Assembly: GCA_030324005.1 (NCBI GenBank)
Contig: JARDVH010000084.1
Location: 39,784,585 to 39,848,584, forward strand
Direction: 5' to 3'
Source: Negaprion brevirostris
Lineage: Eukaryota
Length of the DNA: 64,000 nucleotides
The position numbers and the translations under genes were made by a program. Of this stretch, positions 62,156-64,000 are shown piece after piece. Numbering within the stretch: position 1 is the first letter of the stretch; each line of letters begins with the position of its first letter. The notes under the pieces were generated by a model. It did not search any database. It worked only from the letters and a program-made list of their open reading frames with translations, and had not been told where the DNA came from.

Positions 62156-62531
62156 AAGAAAGAACTTGCAATTATAGCTTGTCTATCCTAACCTCAGGAT
62201 GTCCTAAGGTGTTTTACAGTCAACACAGTACTTTTTAAGTGTAATTACCACTGTAATATAGGAAACACAGTAGCCAATTTGTGCACAGCATGGTTTCACA
62301 AACAGCAATGAAATAAATAACTGGATCATCTGTTTTTAGGTGTTGGCTGAGAGATAAATGTTGGCTTGAACACCAGGGAGATCTCAATGCTCTTCCGTGA
62401 ATTCTGCAGTGGGATATTTTAGATCCATTTAGGAGGGCAAATAGGACGGCTGTTTAACATCTCATCTAATGCTTGAACTTGAGTTTCTGACTCAGAGGTA
62501 AGAATGCTACCCCTCAGCAAAGGCTGACACT
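62156..62531 (-). mobile_element. Deu-domain SINE
   Basis: AAGAACTTGCA...ACCTCAGGATGTCC...TAGGAAACACAGTAGCCAATTTGTGCACAGCA...TTTAACATCTCATC...CTGACTCAGAGG. Confidence 0.85.
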
Positions 62532-62739
62532 CAATCGTACTGAAATAGGAAGGTGGTAAAGTATATAACATTTCAAGATCAACATGAATAATCACTGCTG
62601 AGCATTAACCAGCAAAGGAACTGAAGTGCTGAATTATAAAGCAAAAATTCTAGAGAATAAATTGAAAAAAAATCTTGCTGAAACTGAACAGTGCCAGTTT
62701 TAAGAGTCAGCAGAGGGATTTGATATGCATTTTCCTATG

Positions 62740-63762
62740 AATGCAAAATGTTCTGGATGATAGAAATCTGCAAATCAAGACAGAAAATGTTGGAAATACT
62801 CGGTGCACTAGGTAGTAACTGTAGAGAGAGAAACAGAGTTAATGTTTCAGTTAGTGGTCTTTCATCAAAAATCACAAAGTTAGAAATATAACAGGTTTTA
62901 AGCAAGTATACAGGACAGAATGGAAGGAAGGAAGGACAAAAGGTAAGGTCTAAAGCTGGTAATTTTATTTATTGTGTCATAAGTAGGCTTACATTAACAC
63001 TACAATGAAATTACTGTGAAAATCCCTGCGTCGCCACACTCCGGCACCTGTTCAGGTACACAGAGGGAGAATTTAGCATGGCCAATGCACCTAACCAGCA
63101 CGTCTTTCGAACTGTAGGAGGAAAACAGAGCACCCAGAGGAAACCCATGCAGATGTGGGGAGAATGTACAGACTCCACAATGACAATGACCCAAGCCAGG
63201 AATTGAACCTGGGTCCCTGGCACTGTGAGGCAGATGTGCTAACCACTGTGCCACCTTCAAAAGGATGGAGAGATTGCAGGAATAATAAGATAATGAAGCA
63301 AGGCAAAAGTTAGTTGGATGAGGGAGGAAAAGGAGAGGAAGAGGTGGATGAGACACAGAAAACAAGATGGATCTACAGGAGGTACAGGTTGGAATAGCAG
63401 AATCATTGCTTCCTGCTGCTGCTATCCAAAAAAAATGTGGTCAGAGATATTGATCTGAAATTGTTGAACTCAAATGTTAAGTCCCGAAGGTTGTAATGTG
63501 CCTAAATGAAAGGTGGAATGCTATTCCACCAGCTTATGCAGAGTTTTAGTGGAGAAGTATAGGAAGCCAAGGACAGCAAGGTAGAGAATTAAAATGATGA
63601 CCAACAGGCAGCTTAGGGTCACATTTGCAGACTGCAAAGTAATCATTCAACCTCTGGTTTCCACAGTGCACAGAAGGGTGCATTGTGAACAGCAAATGTA
63701 GCATACCACATTGAAAAAAGCAAGTGCATCACCATTCCACTTGGAAGGAGTTCTGGATCCTA
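62740..63762 (-). mobile_element. Penelope-like element 3' part (GIY-YIG and terminal repeat) split by a SINE
   Basis: Minus translation resembles NVVCYICCSQC.LLCTVET...DPKLPVGHHFNS...PFHLGTLQPSGLNI.FNNFR; terminal repeat ~62740-62960. Confidence 0.8.
62965..63257 (-). mobile_element. V-SINE-type SINE, alternative tail
   Basis: Full head, V-core and GTAAGCCTACTT tail on the minus strand. Confidence 0.9.
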
Positions 63763-63769
63763 TTTAGTA

Positions 63770-64000
63770 TGCTGTGGCATTGCTGGTGTTGGACTGGGGT
63801 AGGCACAGAAAGACGTCTCACAACACCAAGTTAAAGTCCAACAGGTTTATTTGGTAACACAAGCTTTCAAAGCACTGCTCCTTCATCAGGTGAGCGGGAG
63901 TTAGGTTCACAAACAGGGCATTTTTGATACACATGCAATGCCTTGTCCTGCCTTAGACAATTCATGCCTCTTTAATCTGTGCTTAACCCTCTTTCCACTT
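63770..64000. mobile_element. Penelope terminal repeat (second family), probably an inverted arrangement
   Basis: GTTGGACTGGGGT...CACAACACCAAGTTAAAGTCCAACAGGTTTATTTGG followed by a minus-strand hammerhead. Confidence 0.75.
63858..63892 (-). ncRNA. Minimal hammerhead ribozyme motif (Penelope-associated)
   Basis: Minus strand CAC-CTGATGA-A-GGAGC(AGT)GCTTT-GAAA-GC-TT-GTG. Confidence 0.7.

Overview
Eukaryotic (vertebrate) genomic DNA from a gapped draft assembly. The repeat content (HE1/V-SINE-type tRNA SINEs, Deu-domain SINEs, CR1 LINEs with (TTCTTATG)n tails, Penelope-like elements, Harbinger-type MITEs) points to a cartilaginous fish, probably a shark (inference). I found no intact host protein-coding gene or convincing host coding exon, so the window looks like a large intron or gene desert. 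All recognisable coding remnants are transposon-derived: CR1 and L2 RT/endonuclease fragments, Penelope RT and GIY-YIG fragments, and a decayed three-exon Harbinger-type Myb/SANT gene (~57.9-60.2 kb, minus strand). The most notable non-coding signals are minimal hammerhead ribozyme motifs in Penelope termini (15.8 kb and 63.9 kb), Penelope-derived fold-back elements, two repeat-free islands with clustered YY1-type motifs (0.7-1.2 kb and 35.6 kb, the second beside a possible non-coding exon), enhancer-like islands, SINE tail swapping and multi-level nested insertions. I cannot support a claim of a wholly new biological system. Repeat boundaries were read by eye and are approximate.
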